DNA of 37,703 bases from an uncultured virus (IMG/VR IMGVR_UViG_2061766007_001450). Lineage: Duplodnaviria > Heunggongvirae > Uroviricota > Caudoviricetes. Position 1 is the stretch's first letter, and every line of letters begins with the position of its first letter. Position numbers and translations under genes: made by a program. Of this stretch, positions 9,412 to 21,116 are shown in pieces. The notes beneath the pieces were generated by a model. The model did not search any database. It saw only the letters and a program-made list of their open reading frames with translations, and had not been told where the DNA came from. The DNA is taken from the IMG/VR virus record IMGVR_UViG_2061766007_001450; one strand, 5' to 3'.

Positions 9412-10362
9412 ACAGCATCAACTCAACGTCGGAAACTATAAGAGCGCATTGGACGGCTTAGGAAAAGCGATGCAAGGATTGATGGGTAACGCGGGACAGT
9501 TGGCAAGTGGTTTGGGTGTCGGCGGTCTTGGTGGCTCGTTTTCGTCTTTGGCGGCGGGCGCGGGTCCCGTTGGTTTGGCGGTTGCCGCCGTGGGTGGATT
9601 TACCGCTGCAATGGTTAGCGGTGTAGATACGGCGCGAGAATATCAAAAAGCCGTGTCGGTGTTGCAATCTATCACCGGCAGCACGAAAGAAGGACTTAAA
9701 GAACTGACAGAGCAAGCGCGGCAACTTGGCGCGACTACTACATACACCGCCACCGAGGTAATCCAATTGCAGACGGAATTGGCAAAACTCGGTTATTCGC
9801 AGAGCGACATCTTGAATATGACCGATAGCGTTTTGTATTTCGCACAAGCAACCGGAGCGAGCCTTGCCGACGCATCAAGTATGACCGGCGCGGCATTGCG
9901 TATGTTCCAAAAGGACACCACCGACACGCAGGAGTTTGTGGATAAATTGGCGGCATCAACTACGAAATCGGCATTGTCGTTTTCGTACCTTGATACGGCA
10001 CTCTCTATCGTATCCCCCGTTGCAAATGCCTTTGGTTTTCAGATTGAGGACGTTTTGGCATTGTTGGGGCAACTTGCAAACGCAGGCTTTGACGCCTCAT
10101 CAGCAGCAACGGCAACGCGAAACATTCTTTTAAATTTGGCAGACGCTAACGGCGATTTGGCAAAGTCAATCGGACACCCCGTCAAGAATTTGGACGAGTT
10201 GGTTGCAGGTCTGCAACAACTTGATGCAGAGGGCATAGACCTTGCACAATCGTTGGAATTATCCGACAAACGCTCCGTTGCGGCGTTCAATACATTTTTG
10301 AAAGGTGCGGGTGACGTTTTGGAACTAAGGGACGCTTTGAACGATACCAACGGCACGGCACA
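9412..10362 (+). CDS. Tape measure protein fragment (second-strain allele, misplaced contig)
   Basis: Near-identical protein to about 11560-12506 with many synonymous changes; bounded by 10-N gaps. Confidence 0.8.
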
Positions 10363-10372
10363 NNNNNNNNNN

Positions 10373-10725
10373 AGGAGTTAAGGGTGTATTTTGCTGATTT
10401 GTTCGACGATGAGGCGGACAAAGAGTTTTATGACATATTGAAGTCCCGGACGTTGGAAGTATTGCGCGGAATTGCAGAGGGAAACCCCGACGAGGATAAA
10501 ATTGACCGGCTAACACGGGAATTAATGCAGCATATAAAGCCAAAAGTATTTCACGGCAAGGATAACGCCGAGGTGAGATATGACAAGAATTTCGAGAAGG
10601 TTTGCATCACCTTATCGGAGTACACAAACGCGAATGTAAAGTCGTTGACGGTCTCGGAGTTTTTCTCTCTCTATGAGTACGCAAAAGATGTTGCGAAACA
10701 ACAAAATAAATTGAAAAAACGTTGA
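10373..10725 (+). CDS. Putative tail assembly chaperone, C-terminal part or second chaperone
   Basis: ELRVYFADLFDD...KSLTVSEFFSLYEYAK; helical; upstream of TMP. Confidence 0.5.
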
Positions 10726-10769
10726 CATTTTCAAAAATAATTGTTATTATTGCGCAAAATTTCAAAGAT

Positions 10770-11042
10770 ATGGAAGTCGTGGATACAGTGGCAGTGTTTC
10801 AAAATCTCGCCTACCCCATAGCGGTGAGCGTGGTGTTGTTTATGTGCCTTGCTTGGTTCGGGCGGCGTATGCTTGACGAGGTGAGAGAGGAGAAAAAACG
10901 ACACACGGATTTACAGCAAAAAATTTTCGACTATCTGCAAAAGGCTAACGCCGAGCTGTCGAAAGCGATTGCAGACAATGCCGACGCACTTGTCAGATTT
11001 TCCAAGGTTCTTGAATTTATGGAGCATAACAAAACGGCGTAA
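10770..11042 (+). CDS. Holin-like membrane protein (N-terminal TM plus coiled coil)
   Basis: FQNLAYPIAVSVVLFMCLAWFG TM helix then charged coiled coil, like BhlA/YvrJ-type holins. Confidence 0.5.
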   Translation: MEVVDTVAVFQNLAYPIAVSVVLFMCLAWFGRRMLDEVREEKKRHTDLQQKIFDYLQKANAELSKAIADNADALVRFSKVLEFMEHNKTA

Positions 11043-11044
11043 TT

Positions 11045-14000
11045 ATGGAAAGTCCCAACCCTATTAAATATAGCGATTTAATCAAACCCGACAACAGCAT
11101 CTCCGATTTAATTAAGCAATTGGAGACGCTGCAACAAGTGTATGCAGACACCGCAAAAAAATTGAGGGAAGAGGCGTTGCAGGTTTCGGCAAGCATCAAG
11201 AACGTGTCGGGCGCGACCGAGGACGGGCGCAAGGCTATAAACGACGCGGCGGCGGCAACTGAAAGACTGACAGCAGAGGAGAAAAAAGTGACGGCAGCCG
11301 AGGAGAAAAACGCAAAGGAGCTTGCACGGCTGAAACTTGCACAACAAGAGCAAAACAAAATCGAAAAGTTATCCGCAAAATTAGCCAATTCGACTGCGGG
11401 AAGCTATAACGCGCTCTCCGCTCAATATGCGTTAAACAAAATCCGTATTAACGCAATGAGCCAAGCCGAGAGAGATGCAGCCGAGAAATCCGAGCAGCTT
11501 ATCAGCAAGACAAACGCACTTTACGAGGCTATGAAAAAGATGCAAGCCGAAACGGGTATGCACCAACTAAACGTCGGCAACTACAAAAGCGCGTTGGACG
11601 GTCTCGGAAAGGTTATGCAGGGCGTATCGGGCAGCGCGTCACAATTGGCGGGCAGCCTTGGCGTCGGCGGTTTGGGCGGTTCTTTGTCTGGACTGGCGGC
11701 GGGCGCGGGACCAATGGGGCTTGCCGTTGCAGCCGTCGCAGGTTTCACCACCGCAATGGTGAGCGGCATAGACACGGCGCGAGAATACAACAAGGCGGTG
11801 TCTGTATTGCAGTCAATCACGGGCAGCACCGCAGACGGCTTAAAGGAGCTTACAGAGCAAGCGAGGAGTTTGGGCGCAACTACCACCTACACCGCCACCG
11901 AGGTAATACAATTGCAGACAGAGCTGGCAAAACTCGGTTACACACAAGGCGACATTAAGAACATGACCGACAGCGTGCTTTATTTTGCGCAAGCCACGGG
12001 CGCAAGTTTGGCGGAGGCGTCGTCAATGACGGGCGCGGCGTTGCGTATGTTCCAGAGAGACACGACCGATACACAAGAATTTGTTGACAAGTTGGCAGCA
12101 TCCACGACGAAGTCCGCCTTGTCGTTTTCGTACCTTGACACGGCGTTAAGCATCGTCTCCCCCGTTGCAAATGCCTTTGGTTTCCAGATAGAAGATGTTT
12201 TGGCACTTTTGGGACAATTAGCCAATGCAGGTTTTGACGCATCGTCGGCGGCGACGGCAACAAGAAACATTCTTTTAAATTTGGCAGATGCCAACGGCGA
12301 CCTTGCAAAGAGCATAGGACACCCCGTCAAGAATTTGGACGAGCTGGTCGCAGGGTTGCAACAACTTGATGCCGAGGGAATAGACCTTGCAAAATCTTTG
12401 GAATTATCTGACAAACGCTCCGTTGCAGCGTTCAATACATTTTTGAAAGGTGCGGGCGACGTTTTGGAACTAAGGGACGCTTTGAACGATACCAACGGCA
12501 CGGCACAAGAAATGTCCCAAATTATGGGGGACAATCTCGAAGGCGACATCAAGAGCCTTGGCAGTGCCTGGGACGACTTTATGTTGGAAATTAACGACGG
12601 GCAAGGCATATTGCGAGGTATCGTTCAATGGCTCACGATGGTTATCCGCGAAATCGCATCGACGTACAAAGAACTGAAAGCATACTTTACAGACCTTTGG
12701 AACACATCAGAGGACTTCCGCACTACGATGGCGGCATTGTGGGTAGTGCTTTACAAAGGTGCGAATGACTTTTGGGATATTCTCAAAATGCTCACAAAGA
12801 CGGCGTGGGGATTGGGCGAAATTCTTTACGGCGCGTTTACGCTTGATTGGGGCAAAATCAAAGACGGTTGGAACACTGTCATTGATGGCATTGCAGATGG
12901 TTTTGCAAGTATGCAGGAAACGGCAAAAAAAGCCGCCAAAGATGCAGGCGAAATGATTGAGAATGTACACCCGACAATCACGGCGGATGTAAAAGTCGAG
13001 GGCGTAACAGACAAACAGACAGAAACGACCGGCACGGGACAAGGCGAGGGCAGCGGCAAACAGAAAAACATCGTCAAACTTAACGGCAAGGAGTACGACC
13101 TTGAAATCGAAGAAGAAAAAGAAGATTATGAAAAAGCCCTCAAAAAATATCAAGAGGCGCAAAAGAAACTTGCCGACGAGCGAGAAAAAGCGCAGCGGAA
13201 AGCCGAGCAAGACGCAGAAAAGGCGTATCGTGCCGAACTGTCAGCAAGGCGCAGCGCGGAAGATGCTCAACTTGCCTTGATTGAGGATAGTTGGCAGCAA
13301 AAGACAATCAAAACCAATTTACAATACAGCCGTCAAATTGAGGATTTAAAGCACACGTTGGAAACTCAAAAGGATTTGACGGAAGATGCGCGTGAAAGTA
13401 TCAACGCCACCATTGCGGCATTGGAGCAGCAGCAGACCCGCGAATTAATCAAGATAGAGGAGGAGAGGTATGCAAAGGAGTTGGAGATGCAGAAGGCGGC
13501 AATAGAAATGAAGTTAAAAACGGTTGCAGCAGGCAGCGAGGAAGAAAAACAATTATTGATGCAGCAATTGGATGTTTCACGTGAAATCGCACTTTTGAAA
13601 GCCAAAACAGACGAGGAGCGAGCCGATATAAACAAGTCGTTTGATGTCCAAAAGGGCGGCATCGCGGATAAGTATTTGCAGCAGCAATTGGCGATTTTCG
13701 ACCAACAGCAAGATTTGACGCAATCGGAATTTGATTTATTGCGCAATTCCGAGCAGAAAAAAACATTATTCAAGTTGCAAGCCGAAAAAGCAAGATGGGA
13801 AAAAGTGTTGGCATTAAACGAGCAAGCCAACACAAAAATGTCGGATGCGGAAGTNNNNNNNNNNCTCGGTGAAATTCTCTACGGTGCTTTTACGCTTGAT
13901 TGGGGCAAAATCAAGGACGGTTGGAACACCGTCATTGATGGCATTGCAGACGGTTTCGCAAGTATGCAAGAAACGGCAGAAAAGGCCGCCAAAGATGCAG

Positions 14001-15410
14001 GCGAAATGATTGAGAATGTACACCCGACAATCACGGCGACCGTTGATGTAGAGGGCGCACCGTCGCCGTCGCCTAAGCCAGGGCAAGGTGAGGGCAGCGG
14101 CAAGCAAAAAAACATCGTCAGACTTAACGGCAAGGAGTATGACCTTGAAATCGAAGAAGAAAAAGAAGATTACGAAAAAGCCCTCAAAAAATATCAAGAG
14201 GCACAAAAGAAACTTGCCGACGAGCGCGAAAAGGCACAGCGAAAAGCCGAGCAAGATGCAGAAAAGGCGTACCGTGCCGAACTGTCAGCAAGGCGCAGCG
14301 CGGAAGATGCGCAACTTGCATTGATTGAGGATAGTTGGCAGCAAAAGACAATCAAAACCAATTTACAATATAGCCGTCAAATTGAGGATTTAAAGCATAC
14401 ATTGGAAACTCAAAAGGATTTGACGGAAGATGCACGTGAAAGCATCAACGCCACCATTGCGGCATTGGAGCAGCAGCAAACAAACGCTTTGATCAAGATT
14501 GAGGAAGAGCGTTATGCAAAAGAGTTGGAACTGCAAAAGGCTGCAATCGAAATGAAGTTAAAAACAGTTGCGGCGGGCAGCGAGGAAGAAAAACAATTGT
14601 TGATGCAGCAATTGGATGTTTCACGTGAAATTGCATTGCTTAAAGCCAAGACAGACGAGGAAAAAGCCGACATTAACAAGGCTTTTGACATTCAAAAGGG
14701 CGGCATTGCGGACAAGTATTTGCAGCAGCAATTAGCGATTTTCGACGAGCAACAAAGTTTGGCGCAATCGGAATTTGATTTATTGCGCAGTTCCGAGCAG
14801 CGCAAAACATTATTCAAGTTGCAAGCCGAAAAAGCAAGGTGGGAAAAGGTGTTGGCATTAAACGAGCAAGCCAACACAAAAATGTCGGATGCGGAAGTNN
14901 NNNNNNNNTTGATTTGTTGAGAAATTCCGAGCAGAAAAAAACATTATTCAAATTACAAGCCGAAAAAGCAAGATGGCAAAAAGTGTTGGAACTTAACGAG
15001 CAAGCCAACACCAAAATGTCAGATGCGGAAGTGCAGACAATCAAAAACACCATTGCGAAGATTGAGCAGGAGATGGACGCAGCCGGACGTAGTGGCGATA
15101 TTTACGATTTGGTTGGCTTAAATCTTGACAGCGACCAAAAGGGCGCAATACAATCATCAATGGACTTTGCAACGGAGCAACTTAACGCCTATATGGAAAG
15201 TTATGTGGCAGCGGCAGACGCGAAAGTAAATGCAGCCGCAAAAGAAGTTGACAGCGCACAAAAGGCACTTGACAAAGAAATCGAATTGCGCGACAAAGGC
15301 TATGCGAATGACGTTGCAACGGCGCAAAAGGAACTCGATATGGCGAAAGCCAATCAGGAGAAAGCGCAGCGCGAGCAAGAAAAAGCGCAGAAACGGCAAG
15401 CCGCCATTCA
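11045..15410 (+). CDS. Tape measure protein (TP901-type core), N-terminal and middle parts, with a duplicated allele segment at 13865-14898
   Basis: LTEQARSLGATTTYTATEV..., MGDNLEGDIKSLGSAWDDF motifs and long Ala/Glu/Lys coiled coils; 13865-14898 repeats about 12812-13854. Confidence 0.9.
13573..13588. promoter_or_regulatory. parS: parS-like palindrome inside TMP (DVSREI)
   Basis: TGTTTCACGTGAAATC. Confidence 0.7.
14617..14632. promoter_or_regulatory. parS: parS-like palindrome inside the TMP second allele
   Basis: TGTTTCACGTGAAATT; allele of the site at 13573. Confidence 0.7.
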
Positions 15411-15420
15411 NNNNNNNNNN

Positions 15421-16613
15421 ACCCTATTTATCCGGACGATATATCCCTTGTGTCCGAGAAAGAGAGCGGGCAGGTGTTTTTTCGGGAGAAATTGAGCACG
15501 CAATTGACGTTTGTTGGCGTGGATTATTCATGGATTATGTCTCAATCATTTGATGATGTTGTTTTGATGATATTATTTATAAAAGAAAATGGTGTATTGA
15601 AAAAAAGTTGGTATGGAAAGTTTACGCGGACAGATTGCACCATCAACGAAATAGACACAATCATCAAGGTAACGCCCGAGCCGAAGGACGATTTTAATGA
15701 CATTTTATCCATTATGGATAGGGAAGTCAATATCAAGGAATTGCCTATTGCGAGCAAAAAAATATTGATGCCCGTTTTTGATGTAGTGCAACTTTATCGC
15801 GCGGGCGCGTCATCAATCACCAATTATGTTGGCGGTGAGATGTGGAATGTTGATGTTTCACGTGAAATTTCAAATTATAGCGAATTAATGGATTTGAAAT
15901 TTTACAATACTTTCGGTATTATCACACCAAGACTTTTTGGTGGCATCACGGCGGATTTCGACACGCAAAGTTATTTGAGGACGTACCAATCATCGGTTAC
16001 GCTGTCAATGACCGACATCACGTCAACATACACCCTTGATATTTCGATTTCGGAAGGTGGAGCATACGACGTGGTGCTATCTTACGGCGGTGTTATGTTG
16101 GGACGCTACAGCGGCAGGGACGAAACGGGGTGGATTAAAGACAGCAACGACAATATAAAATGCCAAATCATAATGCAGCACTCGCCTATATTTTCACGCT
16201 ATTTATCAGTATCGGGCGGGTCTGCAATTTTGGACGAGTTCGGACAAATTGGAAAAAATTTCAAATATGCTTCACCATTGACTTCCGCGAACAATCACGG
16301 ATTTAAAATATCGGTATCAACTTCATTTTCGAGTTCTGAAACCAGGTGGGGCGCGGTCTATGATGGCAACACACCGACGGGACAATATTACACATCACAG
16401 TATTGGGGCGGCTACGATTCGCTGCCAATTTTGCAAAATTATTGGTCTGTCAGAGGCTCTGTGTGGTTTTTAATTCATTTGACAGAAAGCACGGATGTTC
16501 CGTATGGAATGGCATTTGTCCCAGATTGTTACGAAGTTGGCGATTTAATAAATGCCATTTGCGCAAAACAAAATGTCAGCATTTCGCTTCCTAAGAATAC
16601 CAGCGGCTCGGAG
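15421..16613 (+). CDS. Tail tip protein fragment (diverged allele of 17572-19663)
   Basis: PIYPDDIS.VSEKESGQVFFREKLSTQLTFVG shared with the 17572 ORF; bounded by 10-N gaps. Confidence 0.75.
15854..15869. promoter_or_regulatory. parS: parS-like palindrome inside tail gene allele (DVSREI)
   Basis: TGTTTCACGTGAAATT. Confidence 0.7.
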
Positions 16614-16623
16614 NNNNNNNNNN

Positions 16624-17555
16624 TTATGCAAACGATGTTGCAACGGCGCAAAAGGAACTTGATATGGCGAAAGCCAATCAAGAAAAAGCGCAGCGCGAGC
16701 AAGAAAAGGCGCAGAAACGGCAAGCCGCCATTCAGACGTTACAACAGATGGGCGACTTGGTGACGGCATCGGCTAAGATTTGGGGACAACTTGGTTTTCC
16801 GTGGGCAATTCCCGCAATCGCTACAATGTGGGGAAGTTTCGCAGCGGCAAAAATCAAGGCAAAACAAGTCACCAAAACAGAAACATACGGCGAGGGTACG
16901 GTTGAAATGTTGCACGGTGGAAGTCATCAGAGCGGCAACGATATTGACCTTGGCACTAAGCCCGACGGCACGAAAAGACGCGCCGAGGGTGGCGAGTTCT
17001 TTGCCGTTATCAACAAGCAGCGCAGCCGCCAATATGGCAACATCATTCCGTCTTTGATTAACAGCATCAACCACGGCACACTTGANNNNNNNNNNTATCC
17101 CTGCAATCGCTACAATGTGGGGTAGTTTCGCAGCAGCAAAAATCAAGGCAAAACAAGTCACCAAAACAGAAACATACGGCGAGGGTACGGTTGAAATGTT
17201 GCACGGTGGAAGTCATCAGAGCGGCAACGATATTGACCTTGGCACTAAGCCCGACGGCACGAAAAGACGCGCCGAGGGCGGAGAGTTCTTTGCTGTTATC
17301 AATAAGCAAAACAGCCGCAAGTACGGCAACATCATTCCGTCTTTGATTAACAGCATCAACCACGGCACACTTGAAAATCAGTTGACCGCAGACGCGGCAA
17401 ATATTGGCGCAATCATCAACGAGGGTGCGGATATTTCAGACCTTGCCGCAGACGTTCACGCCATCAAGATGCAGGGCGAGAAAAAGACCTACACCGATAA
17501 CGGCGCGATTGTTGAGGTTTACAAGAATTGCACCCGAAGGATAACACGAAATTAA
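16624..17555 (+). CDS. Tape measure protein C-terminus (two overlapping allele fragments)
   Basis: Continues YANDVATAQKELDMAKANQEK; GGSHQSGNDIDLG..RAEGGEFFAVINK; 17096-17373 duplicates about 16808-17085. Confidence 0.8.
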
Positions 17556-17571
17556 TTTTTCACGTGAAACG
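17556..17571. promoter_or_regulatory. parS: parS-like palindrome
   Basis: TTTTTCACGTGAAACG exactly fills the 16-nt gap between the TMP stop (17555) and ATG 17572. Confidence 0.75.
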
Positions 17572-19663
17572 ATGAAACGAGAGTTGAAATTTACATTGCA
17601 GAATTTAACGACTTACGAAGTCTACAACGCCCGCCCTATTTATCCGGACGACATATCCATTGTGTCCGAAAAAGAGAGCGGGCAGGTGTTTTTCCGTGAA
17701 AAATTAAGCACGCAATTAACGTTTGTTGGCGCGGATTATTCGTGGATAATGGCGCAGGCTTTTGACGATGCTATTTTGTTGATACTCTCCATAAAAGAAA
17801 ACGGTGTTTTGGTAAAAACTTGGTACGGAAAGTTTATGCGCACCGATTGCTTAATCAACGAAATAGACACAATCATCAGGGTAACGCCCGAACCGAGGGA
17901 CTATTTCAATGACATTCTATCCATAATGGATAGGGAAATCAATATCAAAGATTTAGATATTGCCAACCGACAAATTTATATGCCGACTTTTGACGTGGTG
18001 CAACTTTACAAACCGAACTCGTCAAGCATCATAAACTATGTTAACGGCGAGATATGGAGCGTTGATGTTTCACGTGAAATTTCACGGCATAGCGATTTGA
18101 CAGACTTACAATTTTATAATACCTTTGGATGGTTACGCCCCCGACTTTACAGCGGCATAACGGCAACATTCGCAATGCAAAGTTATGTTCGCACCTATCA
18201 GTCGGCGGTGACGTTAACGATGACCGATACAACATCAACATACACCCTCAATGTATCTATTTCTGAAAGCAATAGTTGTAGTGTTACATTAAAGCAAGGT
18301 GGCACTGTTTTGGGAGATTATGACGGCATTAATGATAATGGTATAATCAAAGATGCAGATGATAATCCCATTTGCTATTTTTCATTGAGCCATACCCCTA
18401 TATATTCACGTTATTTGTCGGCAAGCAGCGGCAGCGCAGCAATCAACGATTTTGGCGCAATCGGTAAAAATTACAAACACGTCACGCCGTTAACGTCTTT
18501 AAATCGGCACGGCTTACAATTAGGCATTTCGACGGCATTTTCCAACAGCCCGACACAATGGGGCGCGGTTTACACAAATGGCACTCCGACCGGTCAATAT
18601 TACACGCCCCACGCTTGGTTTGGATATGATGCTTTGCCGTTTATGCAGAACTATTGGAGCGGCGATGGCTCAATTTGGTTTATGATATTAAGAGCCGAAA
18701 GCACGAATATTCCTTATTCGCAAATACCAATTGCAGACTGTTACGAAATTGGCGATTTGATAAACGCCATATTGAGCAGTCAGAATGTTGGTATCGTCTT
18801 GCCAAAAAACAGCGTCGGCTCGGAGTTCCTTTATTCGGGGACTTCCCCAATATCGGGGTGGCACAATGGTTATGAAATTTATTTCACAGCCAAAAGCAAT
18901 GTTGCAAACTTCAATGCAGACGAGCCAGCGGCGAGCGTTAAATGTACTTTGGGGACGGTCTTGAACTTCTTAAAAAATGCGCTTAATGTTCGATGGACGT
19001 TGGCAACCGGCAATTTAAAAATTGAGCATATTGCGTACTTTAAGAATGGCGGCAGTTATGGCAGCACTCCGGCAATTGGTTATGATTTAACAACGATGAT
19101 AAACCCCCGAAACAACAAGCCGTGGGCGTTTGGGCAAAATGATTATAGTTTCGAGAAAAACAAAATGCCCGAATTTGTCAAATGGGAATGGATGGACGAA
19201 ACGGATATATTTTTTGATGGCAGCGGTTTTAATTGCATATCAAAGTATGTACAGCAAGGCAACACCGAAAGCATCAACATTGCGAATGTTACTTCCAACG
19301 TTGGCTTTATCGCTACACGTCCCGACCAAATAACACTTGATGGATTGTGCGTATTTTTGACCGTCAACGATAGGATAAATGTTGGCACGTGCAGCCGTCC
19401 GACTTTGAGCGGAGTTTACAACGTTGCCAACCCCGAAATGGCGATGTGGAACTTGCAGCAAGGCGTATTGCTTTACGATGCGCCTTGTGATACGATAGCG
19501 GTATCAGATACGACCTATAACGCGGTTGATGCCGTATTGACGAAAACAAACGAGGTGACATTCCCCGCCTTGATTGTGGACGTTCTGAAATTGATAAAAA
19601 CAAACGTTGGCGGCGGTGTTATTGACAGCATCACCAACAACATCAATAATTACAATGTAAAAA
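17572..19663 (+). CDS. Large tail tip/baseplate protein (C-terminus in gap)
   Basis: About 697 aa, beta-rich, directly after TMP. Confidence 0.7.
18066..18081. promoter_or_regulatory. parS: parS-like palindrome inside tail gene (DVSREI)
   Basis: TGTTTCACGTGAAATT; allele of the site at 15854. Confidence 0.7.
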
Positions 19664-20400
19664 NNNNNNNNNNNNNNNNNNNNNNNNNNNNNNNNNNNNN
19701 NNNNNNNNNNNNNNNNNNNNNNNNNNNNNNNNNNNNNNNNNNNNNNNNNNNNNNNNNNNNNNNNNNNNNNNNNNNNNNNNNNNNNNNNNNNNNNNNNNNN
19801 NNNNNNNNNNNNNNNNNNNNNNNNNNNNNNNNNNNNNNNNNNNNNNNNNNNNNNNNNNNNNNNNNNNNNNNNNNNNNNNNNNNNNNNNNNNNNNNNNNNN
19901 NNNNNNNNNNNNNNNNNNNNNNNNNNNNNNNNNNNNNNNNNNNNNNNNNNNNNNNNNNNNNNNNNNNNNNNNNNNNNNNNNNNNNNNNNNNNNNNNNNNN
20001 NNNNNNNNNNNNNNNNNNNNNNNNNNNNNNNNNNNNNNNNNNNNNNNNNNNNNNNNNNNNNNNNNNNNNNNNNNNNNNNNNNNNNNNNNNNNNNNNNNNN
20101 NNNNNNNNNNNNNNNNNNNNNNNNNNNNNNNNNNNNNNNNNNNNNNNNNNNNNNNNNNNNNNNNNNNNNNNNNNNNNNNNNNNNNNNNNNNNNNNNNNNN
20201 NNNNNNNNNNNNNNNNNNNNNNNNNNNNNNNNNNNNNNNNNNNNNNNNNNNNNNNNNNNNNNNNNNNNNNNNNNNNNNNNNNNNNNNNNNNNNNNNNNNN
20301 NNNNNNNNNNNNNNNNNNNNNNNNNNNNNNNNNNNNNNNNNNNNNNNNNNNNNNNNNNNNNNNNNNNNNNNNNNNNNNNNNNNNNNNNNNNNNNNNNNNN

Positions 20401-20830
20401 TGGCGCAGTATGTTACAAAACGCCGTTGTATCGCGTCAAACATTTTCTTTACCTTGCAACGGAACTTGGCAAGCCCGACTACACTTTTGAGGAGGAGGGC
20501 GAGCAAAGGGATGGCTACTTTTTCCCGACAAAACAATTATCGGAAAAGGTTTATCGCTTTACATTCGTTGCGCCCGAATACCTTTGCGACGTTATGCGCT
20601 TTATCCGCTTGTCCGACATCGTGAACGTGTACGACCCATACGGCAGGGTTTACAAGTGCGACACGTTCCTTCTCACCCCCAAATGGTTGACGCAAGGCGA
20701 TTTGGCGCAAGTTGATTGTGAATTTGAAACAAACACGGTTGCGAAGAAAGTCGGCGCAAGTGTTGATGCAGAGGATATTGGCGGAGATTTTAACAACGAC
20801 TACAACAACGACTACAACAACGAGCAATAA
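20401..20830 (+). CDS. Minor tail protein, C-terminal half, short allele (no LRR)
   Basis: ...LYRVKHFLYLATELGKPDYTFEEEGEQRDG...GGDFNNDYNNDYNNEQ*. Confidence 0.7.
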
Positions 20831-20833
20831 TGA

Positions 20834-20849
20834 TGTTTCACGTGAAAAT
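20834..20849. promoter_or_regulatory. parS: parS-like palindrome
   Basis: TGTTTCACGTGAAAAT just after the stop. Confidence 0.7.
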
Positions 20850-20900
20850 TATCTCAAAATAAATTGATTATACGAAAGCAACTTTAACAAAGATACGATT

Positions 20901-21106
20901 ATGGCAAATTACAGCAACTTAATCAACAGCATAAAAGCCGTCATTAAACAAAACGGCACAAACGACATCACGGGTCAGTTGATGCAAGATGTGTTGGTTG
21001 CGATGACTAACAGCATCGGACGCTTTGCAACGTTCGCGGGAACGGCTATGCCATCGACCAACCCCAACAACCCCGACCAAACGGTGTATTACTTGACATC
21101 AATTCC
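20901..21106 (+). CDS. Tail fibre/baseplate protein N-terminus (allele of 22421-23155)
   Basis: MANYSNLINSIKAVIKQNGTNDITGQLMQDVL identical start. Confidence 0.7.
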
Positions 21107-21116
21107 NNNNNNNNNN

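Noticed and set aside
9068..10381. Chaperone-tape measure fusion ORF or programmed frameshift
   Set aside because: The fusion is created by the 10-N gap; the region where a G/GT-type slippery site would lie is missing.
12812..14898. Real internal tandem duplication in the tape measure gene
   Set aside because: Copies are bounded by 10-N gaps and match the genome-wide two-allele pattern.
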